Shown here: positions 62,581 to 64,000 of the stretch, piece after piece
How the letters are laid out: the number at the start of each line of letters is the position of its first letter
How positions within the stretch are numbered: position 1 is the stretch's first letter
Assembly (NCBI RefSeq): GCF_008831285.2
Contig: NC_045138.2
Coordinates: forward strand, 29,760,001 to 29,824,000
DNA from: Nymphaea colorata
Taxonomy: Eukaryota
DNA: 64,000 nt
Direction of reading: 5' to 3'
The notes under the pieces: model-generated
What the model was told of the DNA's origin: nothing
Seen by the model: only the letters and a program-made list of their open reading frames with translations
The model's database searches: none
Made by a program: the position numbers and the translations under genes

Positions 62581-64000
62581 GTGTTTATACATTATAAATA
62601 ACAGTATAGTGAATACCATCTCTAACGCCAATGGTGCCCTTCCGTAGCCTAGAAAAGTTTCCAGAGATGTTAAATAATTTCTTATCTTTGTTTTATGGTG
62701 TCTTTCGTGGAATTAGAGCAAGGCTTGCTGAAGAGAGCTTATACCTCAATGAAGGCCTCCAAATTACCAAAAAGGATCATCGACTTCTTTGATTCCTTCA
62801 TCAAAATAAGAACTAAACCAGTTTTAGATAAGATCTTCTAGCAAGTGTTGCATAACCGCGTTGAAGACGAAGATTACCATCACATAGCAGCATTAATGAA
62901 GGCACTAATGAAGCTGTTACAGGTTATGGATAATCAAGAATGGTGACAGACTGACAGCCATGCAGCAGTCCACTGAATGCCATAGCAAAAAGAAAGATCT
63001 TTATTGTAACCGTTCCTTGTGTTTAGGAGAAATATTTTGAAAAGTGCTTGAAAATACATCATGATAACAGGGCGGTGAATAATATCAGGAAGGCCCATGG
63101 TGACCTTCGGTGGGTAATGTAACACCCCAAAGTTAATCTAATCTTTACTTTTGTTTTATAACAGAAACAATTCATCGTCTGGCGAATTCCTTTTTCCTTC
63201 TTAGAAGTGCATGTCGAAGGGAAACACCGATCTTAGCAACTCCTGAGAGCAATGGTGGGACTTCCTGGCATACCTTCCCAAACCCAACAAGTCACCCCCA
63301 ACGGCTTGAGCTCATAGAAAGAGTGATGCCGATGAAAGTTGGAAGTGCAACCGCCTGCCCGGAAACATGGACTTACCAGGTTTTTTTGCTGTAGGTTCTG
63401 ACTTCAAGCAAACTTTAATAAGCAGTAATGTTCATGGTAATTAGATTTGGTAAAACAAATATGGTCTTATCAGCCATCAAATTCAGTCATTTTTCCAAAA
63501 CAACATCTGCAGATATTCAATTTCAATGGCATGCCGTGAATATTCGTGTCTTATACCAAAAGTCGTCCTAGGGTCTCCACAAAGCAAACCCCGTGAATCC
63601 GTGATGACCAAATCCTGATCAAATTCCACTGTGCCGCTAACCTACGGGATGTCCTGCGCTATTCACATCAGCAAAATGCATTTGGTAGCAGAGAAAAGTT
63701 TCTGCATTGCCTTATAATGTTACTCCTCTTCATATCAGCTATATATCTTACCAATAATGACATTTACCGGCAGCAAGTCTGAGCATTCCCCAACCATATC
63801 CCTTCCAGTCGGTGTACTAAGGACTGTCGAATAGAGACCTCTAGAACTAGGAATCAAGTCTCTAACCTGCCAAAAGAAACCCACCTATTTCTCCTCCAAC
63901 AAAAACGAAGAACCGAGGATCTTTAAGTTGCTCAAACATCCGCTACCAACAAAGAGAAAGGAAAAGGTCCGTTTTGCAAACTTCATGAACCTCTCAGATA

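Overview
Flowering-plant nuclear DNA with spliceosomal introns, PPR genes and TA/GA microsatellites. Apparently intact genes: a P-class mitochondrial PPR (At5g64320/MTL1-like, 6177-8330 +), a type-II ROP/RAC GTPase (ROP9-like, 8 exons, 23457-25822 +), mitochondrial CCMH (3 exons, 31055-33615 -), a PLS-DYW PPR (54687-56618 -) and a small EMB2735-like gene (56727-58903 -) whose stop lies only ~108 bp upstream of the DYW-PPR start. The window is heavily rearranged. (i) A tandem duplication around the P-class PPR carries reciprocal deletions, a Harbinger-like element with a captured host-gene fragment, a 269-bp inverted repeat with no visible mismatch, and LINE/Copia relics. (ii) A large tandem duplication with its junction at 46738/46739 fuses a copy of the CCMH upstream region to the 3' half of a plastidic-glucose-transporter pseudogene. 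(iii) Three F-box/FBD-like copies are present, two forming a ~2-kb-arm inverted repeat. There is also an old ycf2 plastid insertion and many hAT/Tourist-like MITEs. Homology calls are from my recognition of protein motifs, not database searches; splice models are inferred from GT/AG sites and reading frame.
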